A stretch of DNA of 34,495 bases from Saprospiraceae bacterium (GTDB taxonomy: Bacteria > Bacteroidota > Bacteroidia > Chitinophagales > Saprospiraceae): assembly GCA_027031145.1 (NCBI GenBank), contig JALVEG010000216.1, positions 1-34,495 on the forward strand, given 5' to 3'. A program made the position numbers and the translations under genes. The notes beneath the pieces were generated by a model, which worked only from the letters and a program-made list of their open reading frames with translations, was not told the origin of the DNA and did not search any database. Of this stretch, positions 8,996 to 16,811 are shown one piece after another; within the stretch, counting starts at the first letter, position 1, and every line of letters begins with the position of its first letter.

Positions 8996-11617
8996 ATGGT
9001 CAGAACTTGTTTTATAGTTGTCATTTTTTATTTAACAGTAGTTTCATTGTTCTCGCAGTCTGTTAGTGCTAAGATAACCATACACAAATCTAAAATAAAA
9101 GTGGAAAATTTACTGAAAGAAATATCACGACAAAGTGGTATGGATTTCTCTTATAATCCGCGTTCATTTGATATTGATAAAAAAATATCATTCCATATTG
9201 AAAATGCAACACTTGATGAAACCCTGAAAAAAATATGTTCAAAAATCCCTGTAAAATATATTATAGTTGAAGGGCAAATCGTATTAAATCGTAATGACGA
9301 AACAGGACGATTGGAAATAAAGGAAAGAGAATATTATTCATTAAGCGGTTTTGTAAGTGACCGGTCTTCAGGAGAAAGTCTTATCGGAGCAAATGTTTTT
9401 ACACTTGGAAAATCCATCGGTACAAGCACAAATGAATTTGGGTATTATTCCATGAATCTTCCTAAAGGGAAATATAAAGTTCAATTTTCTTATTTGGGGT
9501 TCTCTCCGGAAATTGAAGTTGTTGAATTGAATAAAGACAAGAAAAAAAATATAAGGCTGAATGATGAATTGCAAAAACTTCCTGCGATAATCATAGAAAT
9601 GCCTGTAATAGACTTGTTGGACAGAAAAAAGCCGGGAGAAAGAGAGATCAGCAAAAGGGAATTGAGCAATATGCCCGAATTCGGCAGTTCCTCCGGTTTG
9701 ATCAAAGGATTGCAGGCGCAACCGGGAGTGAGTGTGCATAGTGACGGATCTGCTTTTTATTTTGTAAGAGGTGGTGAAAAGGATCAAAATCTTATTATTA
9801 TCGATGATGCACCTATATACAATCCTGCACATCTTTTCGGGTTTTATTCGCTTGTTATCCCCGATTTCACAAAATCAATAAAATTGTATAAAAGCGATAT
9901 ACCTGTTAGTCTGGGAGACAGGTTGTCATCTGTTTTAGATATAAGGACAAAAGACGGAAATCTGAATAAATTTGAAATTAATGGGGCTACCAGCCTTATC
10001 CTCAACAGATTGTCGGTTGAAGGTCCCATTGTGAAAGGTAAAAGTTCTTTTTTTACTTCCTTGCGATTATCTAATTTTAATTGGTTGTACAAAAAATATG
10101 TTCCCGATCTGAATCTTGGTTTTGGCGATTTCAATCTCAAATGGAATTATAAGATCAATAGTAACAACAGATTTTATTTTACATTTATTAATAGTAGTGA
10201 CATTTTTTCAAATACCGGTGTTATTTCAGGTACTTCCGCCGGGATTCAATGGAATAATCTTGCAATGACTTTAAGGTGGAATCATATTTTCAATCCAAAA
10301 CTATTTTTAAATACTATATTTTACACAGGAAATTACCAATACAAAATTTCTGCAGTAAAAGATATCTGGCATTCGGGAATAGGCAGCCTTAGTTTGAAAT
10401 CTGATTTTACTTGGTACAATAGCAGCAAAATGACTTCAAAATTCGGACTGGAACTACATGGGTATTTCTTTAATCCCGGAAAAATACTGGAAGGTTCACT
10501 TGTGAGCCTGTTTCCGGCGATCAAACAGGATAATTCCAGACAAACTGTAATTTATTTCAACTCAAACTACCATCTTTCAGAAAAATTGCGGTTGAATGCC
10601 GGACTGAGAATGTCAACATGGAGCAATTATGGTCCTGCCACTTATTATGATTTTGATGATAAACACCAATTTGTTGAAGCTGTACAAACAGGACAGGGAG
10701 CATACAATACTTATTTTAATCCCGATCCAAGGGTGAGTGCCACTTATTATATCGACAGTACTTCTTTGGTTAAATTGAGTTATGGTATCTATCATCAGTT
10801 TATACATCTTATTTCCAATTCAACTTCTCCTTTTACATCTTTTGAAGTATGGTTGCCGAGTAGTCCCAATATCAAACCCCAAAAGGCAAATCAGATATCA
10901 TTGGGATTTGTAAAATACATTCCTAAAGCGGGAATAGAATTGAGCATGGAAGCTTATTATAAAAAAATGAGCAATCAAATAGATTATGAACCTCATGCCA
11001 ATACTTTTCTGAATCCGCTGATAGAAGGAGAACTGCGATTTGGGAAAATGAACTCTTACGGTTCGGAATTTCTTGTCAAAAAAGACAGAGGTAAATTTAA
11101 CGGGTGGATCGCTTATACTTATTCCAGAACTATGAGAAGAACTCCCGAAATAAATAAAGGTAAAGAGTACCCGGCTTTTCAGGATAGGCCTCATGATCTT
11201 TCATTGATGATGAATTACAATATCAGCAGGCGATTAATGGTTTCACTGTATTGGACATCTTATTCAGGTTCGACTTTTTCATCACCGACCGGATTTTACA
11301 CTTTCAAAGGGAATAGAATCCCTATTTACGGTCAAAAAAATAATGACAGATTGCCGGCATATCATCGTATGGATTTTGCGGTTAAATTTATTTTGAATAA
11401 AAATCCTGAAAATCGCTACAGGCATAGTTTGACTTTTTCATTGTTCAATGCACTGGCACATAAAAATATCGTTGATATTAATTTTAATAAAATAGAAAAT
11501 GAAAATAATTCACTTTTAGTTAAAGCAAATGTTATCGGGCAGGAAAGTCTGATAGCAACACAAACAATGCTGGTAAGATTTTTACCTTCATTGACATATA
11601 AGTTTAATTTTAAATAA
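8996..11617 (+). CDS. TonB-dependent outer-membrane receptor with N-terminal STN signalling domain and carboxypeptidase-regulatory-like domain
   Basis: 873 aa with signal peptide MVRTCFIVVIFYLTVVSLFSQSVSA. There is an STN-like segment (ENLLKEISRQSGMDFSYNP...ATLDETLKKICSKIPVKYIIVEGQIVL), a CarboxypepD_reg-like segment (LSGFVSDRSSGESLIGANVF...GYYSMNLPKGKYKVQFSYLGF) and a plug-like segment (YFVRGGEKDQNLIIIDDAPIYNPAHLFG). A long beta-barrel region ends in an aromatic terminal residue (TYKFNFK). Confidence 0.9.
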   Translation: MVRTCFIVVIFYLTVVSLFSQSVSAKITIHKSKIKVENLLKEISRQSGMDFSYNPRSFDIDKKISFHIENATLDETLKKICSKIPVKYIIVEGQIVLNRNDETGRLEIKEREYYSLSGFVSDRSSGESLIGANVFTLGKSIGTSTNEFGYYSMNLPKGKYKVQFSYLGFSPEIEVVELNKDKKKNIRLNDELQKLPAIIIEMPVIDLLDRKKPGEREISKRELSNMPEFGSSSGLIKGLQAQPGVSVHSDGSAFYFVRGGEKDQNLIIIDDAPIYNPAHLFGFYSLVIPDFTKSIKLYKSDIPVSLGDRLSSVLDIRTKDGNLNKFEINGATSLILNRLSVEGPIVKGKSSFFTSLRLSNFNWLYKKYVPDLNLGFGDFNLKWNYKINSNNRFYFTFINSSDIFSNTGVISGTSAGIQWNNLAMTLRWNHIFNPKLFLNTIFYTGNYQYKISAVKDIWHSGIGSLSLKSDFTWYNSSKMTSKFGLELHGYFFNPGKILEGSLVSLFPAIKQDNSRQTVIYFNSNYHLSEKLRLNAGLRMSTWSNYGPATYYDFDDKHQFVEAVQTGQGAYNTYFNPDPRVSATYYIDSTSLVKLSYGIYHQFIHLISNSTSPFTSFEVWLPSSPNIKPQKANQISLGFVKYIPKAGIELSMEAYYKKMSNQIDYEPHANTFLNPLIEGELRFGKMNSYGSEFLVKKDRGKFNGWIAYTYSRTMRRTPEINKGKEYPAFQDRPHDLSLMMNYNISRRLMVSLYWTSYSGSTFSSPTGFYTFKGNRIPIYGQKNNDRLPAYHRMDFAVKFILNKNPENRYRHSLTFSLFNALAHKNIVDINFNKIENENNSLLVKANVIGQESLIATQTMLVRFLPSLTYKFNFK

Positions 11618-11632
11618 TTGATATAATTAAAA

Positions 11633-11666
11633 GCCTCATAGAGGCGATCCCGCTGTACAGCGGGAT
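11633..11666 (+). promoter_or_regulatory. Two adjacent perfect GC-rich hairpins (gcctc-ata-gaggc; atcccgctg-ta-cagcgggat) just downstream of the receptor gene
   Basis: Hairpin 1 is at 11633-11645 and hairpin 2 (a 20-bp perfect palindrome) at 11647-11666. Both are strikingly GC-rich in an AT-rich spacer. No U-tract follows directly, so they look more like an intercistronic processing or stability structure, or a weak terminator, than a classical intrinsic terminator. Confidence 0.5.
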
Positions 11667-11772
11667 GGTAGTACTAATTTTAGAAGAAGATGTTGTTTTG
11701 GCGAGATTTTTGTGCAAAAATCATGACAAAACAAAAATATAATAGTATTGATTAAAATCAGAATTCTATAAA

Positions 11773-12582
11773 ATGAATAAATACAAATATAAAGGATATT
11801 TTTTGGTAATGATTTTGTTACTTATCGGTTGTGAGGAAAAAATTGACTGGAATTATAATATTACCGATTCCGGTAAATTGGTTGTGGAAGCCATAATCAC
11901 CGATGAATACAAGTATCAGGAAGTGGTTTTATCTTTAAGCAGAGATGATATTAACGGAACACAAATACCGGCGACCGGTGCGATCATTAATCTTATTTCA
12001 GAAAATGAAACTTATTCTTTTAGAGAAAATACTTCTTCTCCCGGGACATATCTTAGTGAAAATCCATTTGCAGGCAAATTAAATAAAATATACATTTTGG
12101 AGATCGAATGGGAAAATAATACTTATCGTTCCAAAAGCATTATGAAGCCTGTTGCTCCTATGAATAAAATGACATTTAAACAAACAGTTGATAATAAATT
12201 CACAATTGATGAGGTTGCCCCTCAATATTCTCCGAATGAACAGGCAATGTACGAGATCGATATTGACTGGTCGCATATTGTAAATTCGGATTCAGCAAAG
12301 GCGAAATTGTATTTTTTTACTTTTAAAACAATCGATGTAAATGAAATTTTCAGACCTGCAAAAGAAATCGTAAAATTTCCAAGAGGTACCATTGTTATCG
12401 AAACTAAATACAGCCTTAATTCGCAAATGGCTGCATATTTTCGTGCAATGTCTATGGAAACTCAATGGCAGGGAGGTGTTTTTGATGAAGCCTCGGGCGA
12501 ATTGCCTTCCAATATAAGTAATGGGGCACTTGGATTGTTTGGTATGAGTTCTGTAATAAAAGATACTTTGATTGTAAAGTAA
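11773..12582 (+). CDS. DUF4249-like lipoprotein (usual partner of non-SusC TonB-dependent receptors in Bacteroidota)
   Basis: 269 aa with a lipoprotein signal and lipobox (GYFLVMILLLIGC). Its size and its position immediately downstream of a TonB-dependent receptor fit the DUF4249 pattern. The family call comes from context and memory, not from a search. Confidence 0.65.
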   Translation: MNKYKYKGYFLVMILLLIGCEEKIDWNYNITDSGKLVVEAIITDEYKYQEVVLSLSRDDINGTQIPATGAIINLISENETYSFRENTSSPGTYLSENPFAGKLNKIYILEIEWENNTYRSKSIMKPVAPMNKMTFKQTVDNKFTIDEVAPQYSPNEQAMYEIDIDWSHIVNSDSAKAKLYFFTFKTIDVNEIFRPAKEIVKFPRGTIVIETKYSLNSQMAAYFRAMSMETQWQGGVFDEASGELPSNISNGALGLFGMSSVIKDTLIVK

Positions 12583-12583
12583 T

Positions 12584-13016
12584 ACAAAATTAACTTTGGA
12601 TTAAAATCTGATAGTATTTTTCATTACGGTTTCCCTCAGCGTTCCTTAGAGTATCCATAGCGATCCTTAGCGGGAAAACAGACAGATTTTCAGTTTTAGT
12701 TACTAAGTTTTTATCTCCCGCAAAGGGCGCAAAGGTATCGCTGAGTTTCGCAAAGGATATATTTGAATAATAAAGAATAATTGTGCTATACTTTTTGATG
12801 ACAATTAACTTTGGATGAAAATCTGATAGTCTTTTTTACCCCGGTTTCCCTTAGCGTTCCTTAGCGTATCCATAGCGATTCTTAGCGGGAAAACAGACAG
12901 ATTTCCAGTTTTAGTTGCTAAGTTTTTATCTCCCGCAAAGGGTGCAAATGTATCTCAGAGTTTCGCAAAGGATATATTTGAATAATAAAGAATTATTGTG
13001 CTATACTTTTTGGTGA
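12584..13016. repeat. Tandem direct duplication of a ~215-bp structured element (two copies, about 90 % identical by eye)
   Basis: Copy 1 is about 12584-12800 and copy 2 about 12801-13016. Both begin ac(aa)aattaactttgga and end gtgctatactttttg(a/g)tgac. Each copy carries a left arm of CCTTAGCG-type ~11-nt units and a right arm of CGCAAAGG-type units in inverted orientation. The first copy starts 2 nt after the DUF4249 stop codon. Confidence 0.85.
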
Positions 13017-13223
13017 CTATTATCACTTGAATGTTAATTAAAAAATAAGTATTTACTCAGGTATAATGCTTGTCTTTGCCAAATTCTCAGGAAAAAGTTA
13101 CTAAAACTATCAATTTGATTTAAGAATTAATAAAATTAATTAGGGTATAATTTATTTCATGTGTAATATAATTGATTAACGGATAATACATCCTTATTTT
13201 TAATAATCTAAAAAATATTTATC

Positions 13224-14042
13224 ATGAAAAAATTAAGTTTTGTTTTAGCGATTTTCTTAGCAATTTTCGTAGTTCAGTCATGTACAAAAGATACAGATAT
13301 GGTTGCTGAACAAAAAGCACCGCAGTTACCGTCAGTTGAAACTTTTGTAATGCCATTTGATGATTTTTCAGAATCTCAGAGAAACCAGGTAGAAGACAGG
13401 ACAGTTAATAACTTCAGTTATGCTCTTGGTAATATCCTGATATGGAATTCATTATTGGATATGAATCTGAGAATTCCTGTTTTATCATTCATAGAAGCAC
13501 TAAAGCATGAAGCTGATTATCAGGGCAATGGTGTATGGTTATGGGCTTATGAAGTGACAGATGATCAGGGAGATACTTATCAGGCAGAATTATATGGAGA
13601 GTTGCTGGTAGATGATGAAATAAAATGGGATATGTATGTTTCCAAAACAGGAGGTTTCCAAAATATGCACTGGTACACCGGAGTTACTGCCAATGATGAA
13701 TCATATGCTCACTGGACACTGTACTTTGATACGGAAGATCCAAAACCTTTTATAAAGATTGATTTTAAGAAGGATACTAATGCAGGTCTTGGAGGTATCC
13801 GTTATACAAATATTATCCCGGATGTGCCCCAAAATGGTGGTTATATTGAATACAGGGAAGGAAATGGCGCTGCTACAGATGGTTTCAACAGGGCTTACGA
13901 TGTTTACAAATCAGAAATAGATAATCTATTGGAGATCAATTGGAGTAAAGAAAATAAAAACGGAAGAGTTAAAGATATTGAAAGATATCACGATACGGAA
14001 TGGCATTGTTGGGGAACCGATTTTAAAGATATACAATGCTAA
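13224..14042 (+). CDS. Lipoprotein of unknown function
   Basis: 272 aa with signal peptide plus lipobox MKKLSFVLAIFLAIFVVQSC. I recognise no family motif. A strong intrinsic terminator follows. Confidence 0.75.
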   Translation: MKKLSFVLAIFLAIFVVQSCTKDTDMVAEQKAPQLPSVETFVMPFDDFSESQRNQVEDRTVNNFSYALGNILIWNSLLDMNLRIPVLSFIEALKHEADYQGNGVWLWAYEVTDDQGDTYQAELYGELLVDDEIKWDMYVSKTGGFQNMHWYTGVTANDESYAHWTLYFDTEDPKPFIKIDFKKDTNAGLGGIRYTNIIPDVPQNGGYIEYREGNGAATDGFNRAYDVYKSEIDNLLEINWSKENKNGRVKDIERYHDTEWHCWGTDFKDIQC

Positions 14043-14080
14043 TAGATCAGATGTAAATTATAATTATTAATTTTTTGTTG

Positions 14081-14108
14081 AAAGGCGGGTTTTTTGCCCG
14101 CCTTTTTT
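14081..14108 (+). terminator. Rho-independent terminator
   Basis: The stem ggcggg (14084-14089) pairs with cccgcc (14097-14102) around a 7-nt loop, and a T6 run follows. It lies 40 nt after the stop codon of the lipoprotein gene. Confidence 0.8.
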
Positions 14109-14234
14109 ATTTGTACCTACTCAGGTAGAATCATTTTGATTGAATTAAAACCTAAAAATCAAGTTTTTTCCTGATAATTTATTTATGTAAAAATCTTTGT
14201 GCACCTTTGCATTTCAATTTTAAAAATCAGTAAA

Positions 14235-16007
14235 ATGTATAGAACTCATAATTGTAATGAATTAAGAATTAATAATGTTGGAGAAGAAGTGACATTAAGC
14301 GGATGGCTTCATTCAAGCAGGGATTTTGGAGGAATGACATTCATAGATCTTAGGGATAGATATGGGATCACTCAATTGGTTTTTTCGATGGATGATGATG
14401 CGGAAATGTGTGAAAGAGCGAGAAAACTCGGAAGAGAATATGTGATTCAGGTTACAGGTATTGTCAGGGAAAGATCAAATAAAAATCCTAATAGGTCTAC
14501 AGGTGATATAGAGATCGAAGTCAAATCTTTAGAAGTTTTGAATTCATCCAAAACTCCTCCGTTTACTATTGAAAATGAAACAGATGGAGGTGATGAACTG
14601 AGGATGAAATACCGTTATCTTGATATAAGAAGGGAGCCGGTTAAAGAAAATCTGATCTTTAGAAGCCGTTGTTCTCTTGAAGTGAGAAAATATTTGGGAG
14701 ACAATGGATTTATTGAAGTGGAAACGCCATTTTTGATAAAAAGTACTCCTGAAGGTGCCAGGGATTTTATCGTTCCCAGCAGACTCAATAAAGGTCAGTT
14801 TTATGCACTTCCACAATCTCCTCAGACATTTAAACAATTGTTGATGGTTGCCGGGATGGATAAATATTACCAAATAGTAAAATGTTTTAGAGATGAAGAT
14901 CTAAGAGCTGACAGACAACCGGAATTTACTCAAATCGATTGCGAGATGTCCTATGTTCATAGGGATGATATTCTTGATACATTCGAGGGATTAACAAAGC
15001 ATATTTTTAAAACTTTGCTTGATGTGGAATTACCTGATTTTCCTAAAATGGATTATGATCATGCTTTAAAATATTATGGTTCGGATAAACCGGATGTGAG
15101 ATTTGATATGAAATTTCATGAGCTTAATGATTTGATGAAAGGTCATGGGTTTTCTGTTTTTGATGATGCAGAATTGGTCGTTGGTATCAACGCAGAAGGA
15201 CAATGCGGTAATTATTCAAATAAAGATATAAAGAAATTAACTGAATGGGTTCAAAGACCTCAAATCGGAGCTAAAGGACTTGTATATGTGAAGTATAATG
15301 ATGATGGAACTATTAAAAGTTCTGTTGGTAAGTTTTATTCCGAAGAACAACTAAAAGAATGGTTGGGAAGATTTGATGCTAAACCGGGCGATATGTTGTT
15401 GATATTATCCGGCGAAACGGATAAAACGAGAAAACAACTGGGTGAATTGAGACTTGAGATGGGAAGAAGAATGGGATTGATGAAAGAAGGGGATTTCAAA
15501 GCTCTTTGGATCGTTGATTTTCCTTTATTGGAATGGGATGAAGAAGAAGGAAGATTTTTTGCCATGCATCATCCGTTTACCGCTCCTAAAAAAGATGAAA
15601 TAGATAAAATGATGAGCGGGGATTTTGAAACATTAAAAAATCTCAAGGCAGATGCTTATGATCTGGTTATAAACGGAGCCGAGATAGGAGGAGGTTCTAT
15701 AAGAATTCATGATAGGGAACTACAGGCAAAGAACTTCACATTACTTGGTTTTACTCCCGAAGAAGCAGAAAAACAGTTTGGTTTTCTAATGGGTGCATTT
15801 GAATATGGTGCTCCACCACATGGAGGAATTGCCTTTGGTTTTGACCGATTATGTGCTGTGATGAACAATCAGAATTCGATCAGGGACTTCATTGCATTTC
15901 CCAAAAATAATCAGGGCAGGGATGTTATGATCGATGCTCCTGACACTGTTGATCAGGTTCAATTGGATGAATTGGGGCTGGAGTTGAAAGGGGAAGAGGA
16001 AGATTGA
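14235..16007 (+). CDS. aspS: Aspartate--tRNA ligase (aspartyl-tRNA synthetase)
   Basis: The typical N-terminus [11 protein letters not shown] is present, along with class II motifs ([39 protein letters not shown]). It is 590 aa from the ATG at 14235. The ORF track starts 12 codons upstream at a GTG, which I reject. Confidence 0.95.
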   Translation: MYRTHNCNELRINNVGEEVTLSGWLHSSRDFGGMTFIDLRDRYGITQLVFSMDDDAEMCERARKLGREYVIQVTGIVRERSNKNPNRSTGDIEIEVKSLEVLNSSKTPPFTIENETDGGDELRMKYRYLDIRREPVKENLIFRSRCSLEVRKYLGDNGFIEVETPFLIKSTPEGARDFIVPSRLNKGQFYALPQSPQTFKQLLMVAGMDKYYQIVKCFRDEDLRADRQPEFTQIDCEMSYVHRDDILDTFEGLTKHIFKTLLDVELPDFPKMDYDHALKYYGSDKPDVRFDMKFHELNDLMKGHGFSVFDDAELVVGINAEGQCGNYSNKDIKKLTEWVQRPQIGAKGLVYVKYNDDGTIKSSVGKFYSEEQLKEWLGRFDAKPGDMLLILSGETDKTRKQLGELRLEMGRRMGLMKEGDFKALWIVDFPLLEWDEEEGRFFAMHHPFTAPKKDEIDKMMSGDFETLKNLKADAYDLVINGAEIGGGSIRIHDRELQAKNFTLLGFTPEEAEKQFGFLMGAFEYGAPPHGGIAFGFDRLCAVMNNQNSIRDFIAFPKNNQGRDVMIDAPDTVDQVQLDELGLELKGEEED

Positions 16008-16066
16008 ATGAGATTGAATAAGATTGAATGAGATTGAATGCGATTGAATAAGATTGAATAAGATTT
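16001..16066 (+). repeat. Six perfect-phase 10-bp tandem repeats (AGATTGAATN) plus a degenerate seventh, overlapping the aspS stop codon
   Basis: The units are agattgaatg agattgaata agattgaatg agattgaatg cgattgaata agattgaata agattt. The aspS TGA (16005-16007) lies inside unit 1. Confidence 0.9.
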
Positions 16067-16087
16067 ATTTCCATTAGTCTCGAAAAT

Positions 16088-16255
16088 CAATCTTCCAAAA
16101 CAATCTAAATCAATCTCCAACCCAATCTCCATCAATCTCAAACCCAATCTACATCAATCTTCCAAACCAACCTACATCAATCTTAAACCCAATCTACATC
16201 AATCTTCCAAACCAATCTACATCAATCTTAAACCCAATCCCCCAAAAATCAATCT
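16088..16255 (-). repeat. Array of 15 CAATCT cores (AGATTG on the minus strand) spaced alternately 10 and 12-13 bp, giving 22-23-bp and 45-bp super-repeats
   Basis: Cores start at 16088, 16101, 16111, 16123, 16133, 16145, 16155, 16168 (caacct), 16178, 16190, 16200, 16213, 16223, 16235 (caatcc) and 16250. The unit acatcaatcttccaaaccaa(c/t)ctacatcaatcttaaacccaatc(t/c) occurs twice (16151-16195 and 16196-16240). Confidence 0.85.
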
Positions 16256-16262
16256 AAATTCC

Positions 16263-16270
16263 TATCTTTG
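16263..16270 (+). promoter_or_regulatory. Candidate Bacteroidota -7 promoter box (TATCTTTG)
   Basis: Exact TAnnTTTG match 20 nt upstream of the ATG at 16290, directly after the CAATCT array. Confidence 0.45.
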
Positions 16271-16289
16271 CAATACTAAACCTATTAAG

Positions 16290-16766
16290 ATGAGCAAACT
16301 AATATCAATTTTCAGATCACCTTTCAAAATGAAGCTGTATTTTCTAAAAAAACTGCCCAGTTTATTTTTTTGGAATATAAGAGTTGATGAAATCAGTGCC
16401 ACCAGAGCTAAAATTTCAATTCCTTATGGATGGAGGACTCAAAATCCGTTTAGGTCTATCTATTTTTCAGCACTTGCCGGAACAGCAGAGTTATCAACCG
16501 GGTTGTTGGCGTTTTTAGCTGCGGAAAATCAGGATATTTCTATGTTGGTTGTCGGAGTTAAAGGCAGATTTACAAAAAAAGCCAATACAAGATCTTTTTT
16601 TATATGTGAGCAAGGACAAGAATTAATAGACACTGTTAATAAAGCTATCGAAACTGGCGAGGGTCAGACGGTCGAAGTGATCTCCCGTGGATTTAATGAA
16701 AATAATGAATTGATAGCTGAATTTGAGTTTACCTGGTCCTTCAAAAAAAGAAATAAATTAAAATAA
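16290..16766 (+). CDS. Hotdog-fold thioesterase-like protein (DUF4442-like)
   Basis: 158 aa. The pattern WRTQNPFRSIYFSALAGTAELSTGLL followed by a beta-rich C-terminal half resembles the DUF4442 / PaaI-like hotdog family as I recall it. This was not verified by a search. Confidence 0.6.
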   Translation: MSKLISIFRSPFKMKLYFLKKLPSLFFWNIRVDEISATRAKISIPYGWRTQNPFRSIYFSALAGTAELSTGLLAFLAAENQDISMLVVGVKGRFTKKANTRSFFICEQGQELIDTVNKAIETGEGQTVEVISRGFNENNELIAEFEFTWSFKKRNKLK

Positions 16767-16811
16767 CAACTTATTGATATTGAACCAAGTTATTAAGATT
16801 TTGTTTTCATT

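Noticed and set aside
9368-11194. Several 60-150-aa minus-strand ORFs inside the TonB-dependent receptor gene (9368-9832, 9490-9705, 9844-10140, 10333-10524, 10613-10807, 10898-11194)
   Set aside because: All are fully embedded antisense in a well-supported 873-aa gene, have low-complexity or hydrophobic composition and no motifs. They are shadow ORFs.
6998-12582. Interpretation of the sigma/anti-sigma/receptor cassette as a polysaccharide utilisation locus (SusC/SusD)
   Set aside because: There is no SusD-like gene and there are no glycoside hydrolases. The receptor partner is a small DUF4249-type lipoprotein instead.
12584-13016. Possible CRISPR array or rRNA/tRNA-like structured gene
   Set aside because: There are only two long (~215-bp) tandem copies with no spacer structure. 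I could not find a tRNA cloverleaf or conserved rRNA, tmRNA, SRP or RNase P motifs.
14199-14234. GTG-initiated 12-codon extension of aspS
   Set aside because: AspRS proteins typically begin M-x-R-T-H-x-C, exactly as at the ATG at 14235. The extension overlaps the likely promoter region.
15959-16147. 62-aa minus-strand ORF (MGLRLMEIGLEIDLD...[18 protein letters not shown])
   Set aside because: Its sequence is just the translation of the AGATTG/CAATCT repeats and it overlaps the aspS 3' end. It is a repeat artefact.
16001-16255. Possible CRISPR array, suggested by the many short direct repeats
   Set aside because: The repeat units are only 10-23 bp with no unique 25-40-bp spacers between them. 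The two halves are in opposite orientation, and no cas genes are present in the window.
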